A stretch of DNA of 59,254 bases, the filler included, from Jimgerdemannia flammicorona (Eukaryota), in NCBI GenBank assembly GCA_003990765.1. It is 3 parts of 3 records of this genome, joined end to end, with 100 filler letters (N's around TTAATTAATTAA, not from the genome) between each part and the next. Parts side by side here need not be neighbours in the genome. Positions count along the whole stretch, not along the records: positions 19,790 to 39,474 come from RBNJ01001874.1; 2 more parts are not named here. One strand, given 5' to 3'. Position numbers and translations under genes: made by a program. The notes below the pieces were generated by a model that did not search any database, had not been told where the DNA came from, and worked only from the letters and a program-made list of their open reading frames with translations. Position 1 is the first letter of the stretch, and each line of letters starts with the position of its first letter. Positions 24,079 through 37,600 of the stretch are shown in pieces.

Positions 24079-25210
24079 TGTAACATGCCTGGCTCAATTG
24101 AGGCAAATTACAAGGTTGGGGGTTGATATAGTTTGGCTTGAGCCCTCAGTTATTTTGTCAAAAAGCAACAAAATGTTCTATAATTCCTGAAGTCCTTGGT
24201 ATTTAGTGGTATAATAGTCAAAGCTGGATATCTGCGAGCGATTCTGGCGATTTCCTTATTGGGATAGTTCTCTGGGTGTAGTGGTGATTTGTGCGTGGGT
24301 GACAGTCTGGCAATTTAGCGGTTTTCTTATGCGATTTCTGCGTGACGATCTCTGTGTAGCGCGGCGATCTCTGTGTAGCGCGACAATCTCCAAAAGTATG
24401 CGATTTCTGGGTGATGGTGCGATTTGGCAGATAACTCGATTTGGGTGGAGATTTACTGGGAATAGAGGATGGCATGGATTCTTCCTGAATCAGCTCACTG
24501 GAAATAATACTGGTGGCGGATTCTTGGCAAGTTACATAAAAGACTGGCTTTGTTTGCATGAATGTATCACTGCGAAGTTGCGTCAAGAGACTGGCTTGTG
24601 GCAAGAATAGCGGACTTTCTGGGAATGTGGGTTTCTTTTCAAAAGGCAGTGAAGTTCTTCCTTGAACTTGGTGGTTTCTTTAGGCTTATCTGGCAAGTGA
24701 ACCAAAACGTAGCAGACTTCTCTTGAAAATGGCAGCTTATTCCTTAAGTGGCGAATTACTCAAATGGTGATGAAGTTCTTTCTTGAACTTGGCGGCAAAT
24801 CTTCAGGCTTATCTGGCAAGCAAACCAAGGCTTTGTATTAGAAAGTGGACTGGAGTGGAAATAAGGGGACCAATGTGAGGCTTCTTTGGTTTGTACTTCA
24901 ATTCAGACTGAGGTTTATTCACTCTTGTCTCAGAGGTATTTTATATAGTTGTGGTTACTACTGGTTACTATATTGCTAACTATAGATTGCTAACTATGGC
25001 AAGTGTTCCTTGAGGGCACAGTGTACCTTGAGGGTACAGTATACCTTGAGGGTATGGTATATCTTGAGGGTACAGGTAAACATACTGTTTCTGGTATCTC
25101 TGGCTAAATATACAGGTTGGCACAGTAAAGCAGTCTTGGTTGCTTAGTGCAATAGATATAGTATGTGGCTAATTTATGATTTCAGTGGTACAATTCTGTT
25201 GCTCATTACA
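24079..25210 (-). repeat. 3' LTR of Gypsy-A (1132 bp)
   Basis: TGTAA...TTACA termini; TATATAAA (~24945) and AATAAA (~24915) on the minus strand; short tandem repeats at 25008-25075. Confidence 0.88.
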
Positions 25211-25254
25211 TTAGCCCCCACTAAAGAATGGTCTGTCCTCAGACAATCCTTTAG

Positions 25255-25700
25255 TCATCATTCCAATGTGCATAAGCATCTTCAGCATCAATATCTGAAC
25301 TAGTATCTTCATTTGGATCAGAGTCACTCTATTTGATAGATTCTTCTTATTCCTCTGGAAACAGGATCTCAACATAGTTGATAATGCTTCAGTAGGTAGT
25401 AGGGTTCATACTTTGAATGTCATTCAGGAGAAATTATATCTGTGTCAATGCTGGGATATTTTGTTTGTAGATTGTATATAATCTGTCTGCAGCAGTGGTA
25501 TTTTTCTGATGTAGGTCAGGTCTGCTGCTGAGAGGTTCTGCAACTATTCTCCAATTGCATAGTAGGCCTACAGCTGGTGGACTTATAGTAAATATCTGAC
25601 CAAGGTGAGATTCTCTTAATGGGTCTGGATTTGCTAAAGGGGGTTTCTATTGGCTTATTGGAATTGTGGAAGGAAAACTGAGAGTGATTGGAATGATCTC
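25255..25700 (-). pseudogene. Accessory ORF-X homolog between integrase and PPT
   Basis: VHQL*AYYAIGE*LQ...TAADRLYTIY...IINYVEILF plus acidic tail; resembles 46260-46824. Confidence 0.55.
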
Positions 25701-28609
25701 AGAACAAGGGTCTGGAGGTACTGATCAATTGTCTGGTTCATGATGAGAGAGATATATCTTGAGGCAGTTGATGTATACTGGTGTCCTGAGGATCTGTTCA
25801 TCTATGCTTCTTAAATAGATGCTGGTTCCTCTGATGTTGTATACAAGATAGAGTCCTTCCCATTTGGGCTCCAGTTTGGTAGCAAAATTTGTTTCAATTA
25901 TACTTCTCCAAACTAGTACTTGATCTCCAATATTGATCTCCTGATCCTTCTACTTCTGGTCATAGGACTTCTTTTGTCTTTCTTGGACTTTAATAATCTG
26001 AACTCAGGTCTGATTATGTAACTGTTTTGCCTTCTTGAGAAGGTCTCTGAGATTCTCATGGTCAGTAGTTCTGGTTCTCTTGGCAAACATCATTTCAAAT
26101 GACTTTTGTTTAGTAGAGGCAGCAGGGGTGTTCTGAATTTCCCATAAGATCTCAGATAAGCAGAGGTTTCAGTTGATAGAATTGACTCAGATATATCCTT
26201 TCTTGATAGTCTGGTTCATTCTTTCTATCATGCCATTGGTCTGAGAGTAGTATGATATAGTCTGTTTGAGGTGGATCTTGTGAATTTGGGCATAACTTAC
26301 AATTATGTTGTTGATGAATTCTGTGTCTCAGTCAGAGATGAGTTCTTCTGGGGGTCTATATCAAGTGTGAGTCTATAGAGAAGGCCTACAATGGTTAAGG
26401 CATCTGTGATTTCCATTGGGAAAGCCTTGGGCTACTTGGTCAGATATTCTACAAATATAAAAATATACTTGTTTCTTCTTAGTGTAACTGGTAGGGGTCC
26501 AATTATATCTACTCCCCATCTCTGAAAGATGTTGTCTGATAGTATAATTGATTGCAGTGGTGCTTAGTAGTTTTTCCTTCCTTGGTATTTCTGGTAGGTA
26601 TCACATTTCTTAAGTATATTCTGGACTTGTATTCTGAGATTGGGCCAATGTTGGTGTATTGTTTGTAACTTTTATTCTATGTTTGCTTGTCCTTGGTAGG
26701 CTTTCTGGTGTTCTTTTTAGATGAGATCTTCTTGTGCCTTGATGGTTTGAGAAGCTTCCTTTAGAGTGTAGTTCCTTGGGACACCCTTCTTCTGATTTAT
26801 TGGGACTGGTGGGAAAGTATATCAATATTGTTGTGAGCTTTCCCTGCTTTGTGGATGATGGTGATTTTGTAATTCTGAAGGATAAGGATCCAGCAGACCA
26901 GGATTCTGGTAGGTTTCTTATAGTTAAATAGCCATTTGAGGGCCACATGGTCTGTGATCAGGGTGAACCTTTTTCTGATGAGGTAATGCTTGAACAGAAT
27001 GACCACCCATATGACTGCAAGGTATTTCAGTTTGGTGCTACCATAATTCATCTGCTGCTGATTGGTAGCTTGGCTTATATAAGCTATTATATAGTATTGT
27101 TGGTCAGATACTTCTTGGGCTAGAACTGCTCCTAGGCCATCTTTGAAAGTATCTATATATAAGTTGAATGGCTTCTGTAGATTGGGGTGCACAAGGATTG
27201 GTGCTGTAGTCATGCAGTTCTTGAGTTCTTTAAAGGCTTTATCTTGTGATTTTGTCCATTTGAATGGTACTTCTTTTTTAAGAAAGACTTGGATTGGGGT
27301 AGCAATTTGGGCAAAGTCCTTAATAAACCTTCTGTAGTAGGATACTAGCATCAGAAATGATAGTATTTCCTTTGAGGTCTTGGGTACTGATCAATTGTTG
27401 ATCTTTTCAGTTTTCTTTGGGTCTGTATGAGTTCTTTCTTTTGAAATTATGAATCTAAGGAATTTAAGTTTCTGTTTTCCAAAATAGAATTTCTTGGCAT
27501 TGAGTCTCAGGTGATTCTTGTGAGTGAGCTTGAAGAATTTCTCCAGATGGTGCAGGTGTTCTTCAAAATTTGCTGAATAGATGTTGGAATCATCTATGTA
27601 TACAATCAGGCAGTGGTGAATCAAGGGGGCATAAACTGAATTCATCATCCTCTAAAAGGTAGGGAGTGTATTGCAAAGTCCAAAGAGTATTCAGAGGTAT
27701 TCAAACAGTTTTCCTAGAGCAAGAAAGACTGTCTTTTGAATGTCTTTGGGGTCTATGGAGATCTCATGGAATCTTGTAAAAAGGTCTATACTGCTGAAGT
27801 ATCTGATATCTTGTAACTGATCCAAAAGGTCATTGATTCTGGGCAAAGAATAGGCTGACTGAATTGAGTTTTCTGTAGTCTATGCAGAGTCTCCATCCTT
27901 CTTTCTTTGGTACAATAAGTATAGGGCTGGTCCAAGGGCTAGTTGAGGGTCGAATAACTCTATTGTCTAAGAGTTCCTGAATATACTCCTTTTCAAATGT
28001 TTTTAAGTAATAGAGTGTTCTATTGGGTTTCTGCTGGATGGGTGTTGCATTTTCTGTAGTTATGCTGTAGTGATATAATGGGTTGTATGGCAGATTGCTA
28101 TAATCAGTGATGAAGATATCTTGATATTTATAGAGGAGTTCTACTAGTTGTTGCTATTGTTGGGGAATCAATTCTTCTCCAATGTTGATGGAAGGCTTTA
28201 CTGTCTCCTGGGTTACAGAGGGGCCTTTTCTTTCTTCTGGGACCTTTTGCTGTTTCCCAATAAGTTTAGTTCATAAACTTCTCTATGAGTTTGGTTGAGA
28301 AAAGGCACCAGATATCCTATGATGGTTCCTTTTAGCAAGATGATGGTTTCCCAATTTTGATTGATTGCTTAGGAATGTACTGAATTCATCTTATTAGAGA
28401 ATGTGTATCCTTATATATCCAAGTGTGGGATATCTTCATTGGGTTCAAAGAAAAGGTTTCTGTGGTCAGGTGGTGTAAATATTTCGAAGGTGGTTTGTTC
28501 TCCAGGCTCTAGGATGAGATTCTTGTGCAGTTTGACTAGTTGGCAGTATACTTGCTGAAGGACATTCCTCTTGAGATAATTGACTTAAAGGAGATGTACT
28601 TCTTTCTTA

Positions 28610-29010
28610 TCTGAACTTCCAAATCCATTGGCTTGTCTCATTCCTTTAATCAGTTTGGAGACTTCTTATAATTGTGGGGTCTTGACCTTCATGAAGCCTG
28701 CTTGGGTAATCTTCTGTCCTCTAATGATTCAGTGCTATTCTGTACTACCATTATGTAGGATGACCTTAATTTCACCTATATATCCTCGATCAATAGTTCC
28801 TCCTTCTATGGTTATTCCTTATCTGGCAAGTCCAGATCTTGAGGTCAGTTGAATGTAAGCTCCTTGGGGTGGCTGTATGGCTAGTCTAGTTCTGATCATG
28901 AATATTTTTCCAAGCTTGATAGATTCATCCTCCAGACTGTTAAGATAATATTCTATATCTTCTGGGTGGGCTTTGGTTAGGGGTTTGGCCTTGGGATACA
29001 GCAGGGCATA
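28610..29010 (-). pseudogene. dUTPase domain between protease and RT
   Basis: PKAKPLTKAHPEDIEYYL...QLTSRSGLAR*GITIEGGTIDRGYIGEIKVILHN...GQKITQA...RQANGFGSSD: motifs 2-5 clear, motif 1 decayed. Confidence 0.92.
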
Positions 29011-30891
29011 CTGGGCAATATCCTTGCTGAGTTCAGGCTATTCTAGGGCTGAAGCTCTACTAGCAGAGAGCCTCCAGGCTCTGAGGTTGAGGTGTGGCCA
29101 TCTGGCTCCAGTTGAGAGATCTCAGAGATAGTTGATTCCTCTTCTTCTGTAGGGTCTAGGGCTTTCATGAAGTTGTAGCATCTTTTAATCATTCTTGACA
29201 GGTTATATGTCTGATGAGGGCTAGGATATCTTCTCCTAAAGCATAGATCTTGAGAATCCTTCTTCCTGGCTTCTTGGTCTAGCTTTTTTGAATCTGGCCT
29301 CTATTATCTCCTCTCTTCAAGATATGGATCACAACATCATAACTGAGGTGAATCTTCTGATGTCTGCAGTCTTGGTAGTCTGGGTGTCTTCTATGGTTAT
29401 AATATCTTATTGCTCAGAAATGATGTTCTTGGTTGTTAATTTCTTGTTGTCTTGGGAATCAGTATCCATCTTAATTATAAGTTGGGGGAAGGGTAGACAA
29501 GGAATATACTTCTGTTTGGGTGAAGAGATCTTGTCCTCTAAATTGGCTTTGCAACTTAATGGTAACTTCTTGGAAAGTAGTTGACTGTGCAACTATATTC
29601 AGGGGTTCCAGTCTCTGGGGTCTCTGTCTCTCCTGTTGGTCTAGTAGATGGCACTGATAGCAGTAGTCTCAAGGAGAGTGGAAGACCATTTGGTATAGAC
29701 ATCTTCTTAGCCAAAATGCTCTCTCTTGGTAGATTTCTTTCTTGAGAATAATGGGGATTCTTCTTCTGTCATTGTCTTCAGGTGGTGTCCAGTGAGAGTC
29801 ATCCCAGGAAATGAGTTTGGAGACTTCTTTTTCTTCAGGTACTTCTTGTTCAGAAACTTCCTGATTAGATGCTTCTTCTTCCTCAGATGATTCTTGTCTC
29901 CAAATCGCTTGTACTTCTGCAGCTTCAGCTGCAGGTGTTTCTGGAACATGTCTGCATTTCTTCTTCTTCTTTCTGCACTCTGGGCAGGCTGTACCAGGTG
30001 AATTTCTTGTCCCAATGATCTTGGAGGAGTGCTTGGGGCACTTGTGTCTCTTGAGAGAGGTGGGGCATTCTTTGATTTCTCCTTCAATGGCTCCAATGGT
30101 AATGAGGATAGTGTTCTTGGCCCACAAATTGTCTTCTGGTCTGTCATCTACTAGGTTAATTTGAGGATTGAGTCAGGGATCATTTCTATCTTCAGATTCT
30201 TCTTCCTCTTCTATAGTAGATTCTTCACTGCTGGCATATTCTTCCTAGATGGTGACCTTCTTCTTCTTCTTTAATTGCTCATAGCTAGTCACTTTAATTC
30301 TGTACTTTTTGCCTCAGTAGTCAAACTTGAGTACTTGTTGACCAATATCAACAACTGCATTCATTTCCTTCATCCAGTTGGTACCAAGGATTATGGTATA
30401 GGTAATAGCTTCAGTGATAACAGCTTTTGAGATGGAGTACTGGATGTGTCCAAAGGAGATAGTGATGTTTCATACTTCTCCAAGAGGTTGAGTTTGGGCT
30501 CCATCTGCTACTATGATGCTGAGGTTGGATGGTCCATAATGGGCCATTAGAGGGTATTCAGAAATCACTTAGCAATTATACACATAGCTGCTCCTATGTC
30601 TATGAGGATTTTCGCCTTTTGTCCTTCAATATCTCTGTAGCTAAGTGCTGATATATCTTTCTGCAGCTTGGATAGAAATGGAAGCTGGCTCTTGCTGTAG
30701 AATGGGGACCTGACCAGTGCTAAACCTAGTAGTTCTCAGCAATATGTTTCAGACTCCAGCTGGTGTTAGTTATAGGAACTGCAGAAGAGAGATCTCTATC
30801 TTGGCTTCTTGAATCTTCTGCCAGACTTCATTGTAAATGCCTCTAGGCATAGTCTTTGGGGTATACTTCTTCTTAGGCTTTAGGGCAGTAG

Positions 30892-32080
30892 GTTTTTTTT
30901 TTTTTTTTTTTTATTTTATATTATGGACTCAGCATCTTGTGGATTTTTATTGAAAGAGAACCTAGACTATATAGGCCAAAACCCTCTCCCACCATCCATC
31001 AAGCACTGCCTCCTCATTAACCTAGGCTAGCTATCATCCAGCAGCTTGACCATGCCAGGTACAGCAGGGCCTATAGTGGCCTGCAACTCATTCTGTGTAT
31101 CATGCTCTCCCTACTATCAGGGAGAACTCAGCCATATACCAATGACTAAAAGTATATGCCCAAAACCCTATTGTATATACAAGGCCATATCTGAGCCAAA
31201 TAGAATAGCTCCTGCCACCCCAAGGAGAATGACAGATAAAGAAAAAACCCTCATCAAAGTACATCATAGTAGATAGGGCCTAGTTCTCTCAGATGAGATA
31301 AGTAAAGAACTTATATATGAGGTGAGAGGAGACCCACAATACCCCACTCTGCAGGCCTCAATCATATTGCTATATCAGCTCCCAGTTCTAGTTGAGTGCA
31401 GCCAAGATAACTGAAATGGGTAGTCTTGGGCCCTCTAACCCTCTCCAATAACTGGGGCCCAACCCCACATATTACCAAAAGAAGCCAAGGGTGACACCTA
31501 CCACCTAACTACTCTATACCAATTAAAAGGCCCCACCAAAGCAGTACCCACCCCAGCCCTGATGACCACCCCCAGCCTGACACCCTACTGGTTTACCATT
31601 ATTACCCTTCCTCCTATCTATGATAGCCATCTCCCCTCCCATTCTGACAACACTCAAAAAACAGTTACCTACATCAGAACTGCCTCACCAGAAAGCTCAC
31701 CAAAGCCAGAGGGCCCCACCACAGATACTAAGGATCTGCAGGTAACCTATACTGGGTACTTGACACCTAAGGTTGGCCAACTCCCCATGTAACTCATGAC
31801 ATACTGAGACAATATCTTATTGGTGATGGCAAAAGGAAAAATATGCTGCATTAAAATAAGTATACTTCAAATATAGCTGAAGGCATCAGAAACTATGAAA
31901 AAGTAGAGAAGACACCAATTTGATACTGATAAAAGGACAACTCATCACCATTGCCCTCCTCCCACCATGCCCTTGCAGGTACAGCAAACCAACCTGAGGT
32001 AGAGGGGGTAATAATAGGGGAAAGAGACTTGGAAGATTACCTACCAAACCTTGTGACTGATAAGGTAGCAGAGAAAGGAG
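30892..32080 (-). mobile_element. Full-length family S retroposon inserted in Gypsy-A gag
   Basis: poly(T) from 30893; TSD AGGGCAG(T/C)AG at 30882-30891 and 32081-32090; same 5' end as the copy at 220-1335. Confidence 0.9.
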
Positions 32081-32799
32081 AGGGCAGCAGATTCTTGTTC
32101 TTCTTATTCTATTTCTTCATTCTCTAGTGGCAGCCCATTTGTCTCAGAGACAAATAGTGAGGGGGTCTGGAGAGGTGTTTCTACTCTCATCTTCATCTCT
32201 TCATCTTCCTCTTGGATAATTCTTCTGCTAATATTCCTGGATGACCTTCCTATGGATCTCTTTCTTTTCTCTACTGGGTAGACTGTTTTTTGGGTGATAA
32301 CCTTGGTAGAGTACAAGTCTAAGTTACTATAGTCTTCACTATTGCTTACTTCTTCAAAATCTTCAACAGAATGAGCTTCAGTCTTCTTGTACTGGGTTTC
32401 ATTCCTTCAGTTTGGTGGTTCTGAATCCCTTTGGTCATTTCTTTTTTTGTCACATTCATGGTATAGTGTCTGAATTGTCTACAGTGGAAGTATTGGACTT
32501 GGGCTCTGTCTTGGACAGGGTATCTTCTTTCTTCTTACTAATAACTTCTGTTATCTCAAGGTGGATAACCTTGGTTTCTTTGTATTGGGTACTCTCTGTT
32601 ATCTTGATAACTCTGATTTTCACATATGGTGAGTTTTTCAATCTGTTCAACCAATCAGTTCAATTTGGAGCTGAGGTCTTGGATTTCACTTCTGTCCTTC
32701 TTTCCTTCTTTGGCTGGCCTTCTTTTTTCAGATCTTTCTTATTCTTAGAGGAGTCCTTGTAGGGCTTTGACTAAGATGTCTTCCTTATCATCCTTTTTA

Positions 32800-34675
32800 T
32801 CATAGTCACTCTAGGTAGTTTGTGGCAAAAAATACTTTATGATCAGGATCTCAATTACTAGGCAATGATCAGTATTACTATAGCACCAATTACTAGGGAT
32901 AAGCTGGAATATTATTTTCCACATTGTATATATTATTCATTATTCATAATATTATATATCATACTTGATTGATAATGATGTCATTGCTGGGTCATATGAT
33001 TGCTTGTTATCATATATTGCATCTTATCTGTTCACTTATTTATTCTATTACATTCTTCTTATCTTAAAAATCAACATTCTTATTGATTTGGAAATTGAGA
33101 ACTAGGGGAAAAAAAGGTGGAGAATCCTCCTCAGTGTTGTTGTCTTCTTCTCTAGTGACTGGGGGGGTAGTTGCTGATGGCTTGATGTCCAGGATAGAGA
33201 AGTCAATAAGGTCTACAAATGGTTCTTAAACTGGTATGGACATTGGGGTAGAGGTTCTCTATCTAATGTGATTGGGACTATCCAAGTAGGGTTTGATCCT
33301 CATACCTAGGGATATCTATTTGGATGGACAGTCCTTCAAAGAGATCAGAGAGACCTTAGAGCTATTGATCTGGGTTATCATTCAGGAGGGGGCTCTAGTG
33401 GGATTCAATGTCAGTAGACTTGAGGGTAATTTAGGAGTTAGCTTCTTGGGCTATCTTGATCTCTAGCTCATCAACCTCAGGGAATGAGAGGTTCTGGAAG
33501 TCCTTCAGTTATATATAGTTGAGGTTGGAGATTGTAAAGAGTACATGGTATATAATTTGATGGATCTTCTTGGTAGTCTTTGCTTATACCTATCCAGGTG
33601 AGTCCAGTCTGAGACCTGGTCAGTGGGTAGGCCATTTGTATATTGAAGAAGTTGATGGCCAATTTTATATTCATATCAGATTTCTTGGTAGCTGGTAGCA
33701 AGATAGGCCCTTTCAATAAGTTCATGATAGTCAAGAACATACTGTCCTAGGTCCTGGCTGAAGAGGTTAAGGGTCTCAGAGAGATGGTTCCTTCCTTAAA
33801 TAGCAATCTGGATGTATTCAAAAAGACAGTCAACCTGACTTAAGAGGGGCTGGCTATAGTGGGTAGTTTGGTAGTAAGTAGCAGACATTCTTGTCTTGCC
33901 TTTTCTTTGGAGAGAGAAAGGGGAATAAGGGTTGCAATATATTCTTGCCTTAGATATTTATACTTATTCACCTATCTGGTGTAACTATAATTCAATCACA
34001 CTTTCTTGCAGAATATGTGACCTATTGCTGTAGAGCATATGCTAGTTATATGAGAAAATTCTGATTTCAATAATATTATCACATTGTACAGGATTGACAA
34101 ATCTTGCTCCTCTTTTTTTTTTTAACTTATTGGTGTATTTGTGAGAACTGGCCATTCTTATCTAGGGAAAGGGCTCTCATTGTTATAGCTGGGGGTTCAA
34201 ACCTCTCAGATATAGTATTTCTTATAATCTGAGGTAATTTTGAGTAACAATATCTATTATATAGATGAACTTAGATGGGTTTCAACATCATTAGCTTTCC
34301 TAAGTTCTATATGAAGCATCTGTCATTATTTAGCAAAGATGATACAGATAGTATAAAGTAGAATTATTCAAATGTATTTTATTATATCTTACTGAGTTGT
34401 TCTTTGCCTGAGTATCTTTCTTATTGATTAAATAGTATTCCTTTTTCTGTTAATATTTGGTATTATATATTCCAGATAAATATATGGTATCTTCTTTCTT
34501 TGATATGTGCTCTAAGTTTTAGAGCTGCAGTTCTTTTCTCTACTGGGGGGTAAGTGTTTCCATGTAGTTCTGAAGGGCTTTGCATATATTCTCTAGAGCT
34601 TCTTCTTTTTCCCAGATAGTATTATGGGTGGGGTAACCCTTCCACTTGATGAGAAAAAACCACTTGACTGTTTTG
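32800..34675 (-). mobile_element. Chromovirus family D 3' end: chromodomain - ORF-Y - ORF-X - PPT - LTR start
   Basis: WFFLIKWKGYPTHNTIWEKEEALEN (34540-34670); 34130-34380 matches 8380-8620; ORF-X at 33100-33900; TTTTAAGATAAGAAGAA then TGTAAT at 33052. Confidence 0.65.
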
Positions 34676-37600
34676 GTAACAGATAATACCACAAATAATA
34701 TACTATTTTTCTGAAATTTAGTAGCCAACCTTTAATAGAAAAATGTGATCTTTGGTACAGAAAACTGCCATCAGGCCTACATACTGAACCTTGCTGTTTA
34801 GGATTATCATATATATAGACAAAATATCTGGAAGTGAAAGAACCCTAGGTATTATTTCTAAGCTATGCAAACTGATTATATTGGTCTGATCATCTTAACA
34901 AATTTACTAAACAGTGTAAGGCAATCTGAAAGAGCTGATATTAGATATCTGTATATATTGAAACTCAATATTTATAATGATCTAGTATGTACTGAAGTTT
35001 GCTATAGTATATGCTCTTTTTTTAGTTAGCTGAAATAAATTATTTTAGATAACTGAGAATTGATAATTAATTTCAAAATAGATTTTTTTTTTTAAAAAAA
35101 AAAAAAGCTGATAGATTCCACAGTTACTGCTAATAAGAAAATGTGAGGTGAGGCTATAGATGAAAGTAAGTGGAATATACTAAGGAATATTGTCAGAGTT
35201 TTGAAAGTAAGTAATAATTGCTTTAACTTTATATTTATTTTGTTTACCTCTAGACAGTAATATAACAGTTCACTATTTTTAACTGCTAGTGTTTTGATAA
35301 TTATATGACAAATATAGTCAAACAAATTACCCTAAAAATAAGCTCTGTATTATCAATATATAATCTTTTAATTGATTGACTATAAGAAAAGTCTAGAGAA
35401 TAGTAATAATTTTTAGTTTTATTTAGATCAGAGAGATACTGTAGAGATTACTCTAAGCAAGCTTAGAAAATACTACTCTAAAACAGATACCACTATATAC
35501 TTAACTAGTACAAATGTCAGTATAGTAGTTGCTCCTTTCAAAAAAGAGAAATCTCTGTAAAACTCACCCTCTTTCTCAAAATAATATTGGATCCACACTA
35601 AAGCTACAATACCACAAAGATCAGGGCTGAAAGCAGTACTATATTAAGGAAGCCAAGTAAGTTGTAATTGAAATATACTGGAAAAACTATATACTACTAT
35701 AAGGTTCTAGCAGAAGTTCAGACAAATATGCCAAAGGATCTCTTCTGTCACATATTTACTTTAACAGAAAGAGGAAGAGAGAGCCATCAGTAAAAGAACT
35801 CTGTCAATAGACAAACTTACCATTTACCTCACTAGTGACTATATAATTCTGCTAGAGATACTCAACTAGTAAAAGGTGAGCTATCTTTCTGTAGTTGGTT
35901 AGTGAGGTTGAACTAATTTTACTCACCATTCTAACTACTATTCTACCCCCCAGAGTATGTGGCCACAGATGTGTCAAATAGACTTTTCCAGCCTATATAG
36001 TATGGCTTGGGACTATCTGACAATTTCTGCTACTAGTGTTTTAGTTGAGTGAGTGTTCTCTGGTAGAGTGGATTTTGTTTCCCCTAAGAGGTATATACTG
36101 AATACCAAGGCAATCTAGGCCTATATATACCTAAAGTCTTAGTGGGGTATAGGTAACTAAAATTGTGTGAGTCCTATAGTATTAAACAAAGATTTTAGAA
36201 ATAAATTATTTTTTGTACATTATTTGAAATAAAAAAAAAAAAGAGGGAGTTCAGCTCAGGGTATAAGATAGTAGTAGACAGAGAGAGTATACCAGTACTT
36301 ATAGCCCTCCACAAGTCCAAGTAGGATAGAGGTTGGTAAAGTTAGTAGAGAGAGTGTAACTCTCTACTAGTAGTAAGGGGCAATTCTAAGCTACAAGTTG
36401 GTGTAGGAGTCTGAGTCAAAGGAAGTATAGAGAATTTATGACCCAATAATCTATTGTGAGAACCAACTTTAAGCAGTCAGACTCTAGTATAGATCAGACT
36501 TTGATATAGATCAGACTTTGATACAGATTTGGGCCCCATGGGCACCCTGGCCTTATGCTATAGTACTACATCAGTAGTACTATAAAGCAGAGCTAAGAGA
36601 TCAGTAGAGCCTAGTAAAAAGCTAAAACTAGTATTACAAAAAGAGGTGACTAACTATCTAACCTTTACAAAAGACTACCTAACCTTCACAAAAGGCTGTC
36701 TAGTCTTTATAAAAGACTGCCTAACCTTTATAAAAGGCTGCCTAGTCTTTACAAATGACTGTCTAACTTTTACAAAACTGCTCTACTTACTGGTCTCAGG
36801 TCTTGATAAGCCTATTATCTATTGTGAGTATAATAACTATAGCATCTAAGCTCTCCTTGAAGGTGATGGTGCTGTGAAGGTCATATGGTTAGAATAGGAT
36901 AGTTATGTTGGCTATAAATAGAACTCCAAAACTATAGATAAGATTATACCAGATACTACTACTGTCCTCCCAAGTTGGGTTCTTTCTTTCCAGAATATAA
37001 AACATTACTTAAGTGATATTATTGTCTGTATATATAGATAAAGAAAAATTATACCTAAGTACCCCAATATGATGCAAGCATATGTTTGGGTGAACCCTTA
37101 GCCCAGAATCTTATATTACTAGATAGTACTAGAGAATACCTATTCTTTATCAAGCCCTGGGAGCTCTGGCTTAGAAACCTACCAAAATTGATAGCATCTG
37201 GTCAATTTTTTTTGTATATAAGAGACAGAAACCCTCAGATTGTACAAAAAAAAAGTCAAGCTCCTCAACTCATATGATATCTAAAATGTGCTAAGAAGTA
37301 CATACAGCTATACTGAGAGCACTATCAAGCTAGTCTACTGTTCACTTTAATAATCTGCTCAAAGAATCCCAGATCATGGTCACTATTGCTGCATAGACTA
37401 TGTTATACTTCTACATAGCTTGTTCTTTGATAGTACTTTTAAAGTTCTAATAAGAGTACAGAATTCTGTATATTTCTGAAAATTTAACAAAGAGTAGATT
37501 AGTAAAGAAAATCTTAATAAATATAGAAGATTTTAGAAAAATCTCTAAGAACTCACCCTTTGTCAATATTGTAATATACCCAATTTCTGTCTACACTCCC

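Larger units (their letters stand above)
24079..32790 (-). mobile_element. Gypsy family A element: gag - PR - Cys/acidic insert - dUTPase - RT - RH - IN - ORF-X - PPT - 3' LTR (5' part missing)
   Basis: PR ILIDIGAA / ILGTNW ~30290-30640; RT VYIDD ~27590; RH LVHPNLQKPFNLYID...LITDH; IN SQTNGMIERMNQT and KLEPKWEG; PPT-like AGTGGGGG next to the LTR. Confidence 0.92.

Noticed and set aside
28290..28560. Second dUTPase-like segment (LILEPGEQ...ETIILLKGTIIG) before RT
   Set aside because: Lacks the catalytic motifs; resembles the usual Gypsy PR-RT spacer.
34099..34124. A-rich tract plus TGTCAA as PPT/LTR start on the minus strand
   Set aside because: Similarity to 8310-8355 continues through this point (DLSILYN vs DLLSLYN), so it belongs to the ORF-Y region; a better PPT/LTR junction lies at 33052.
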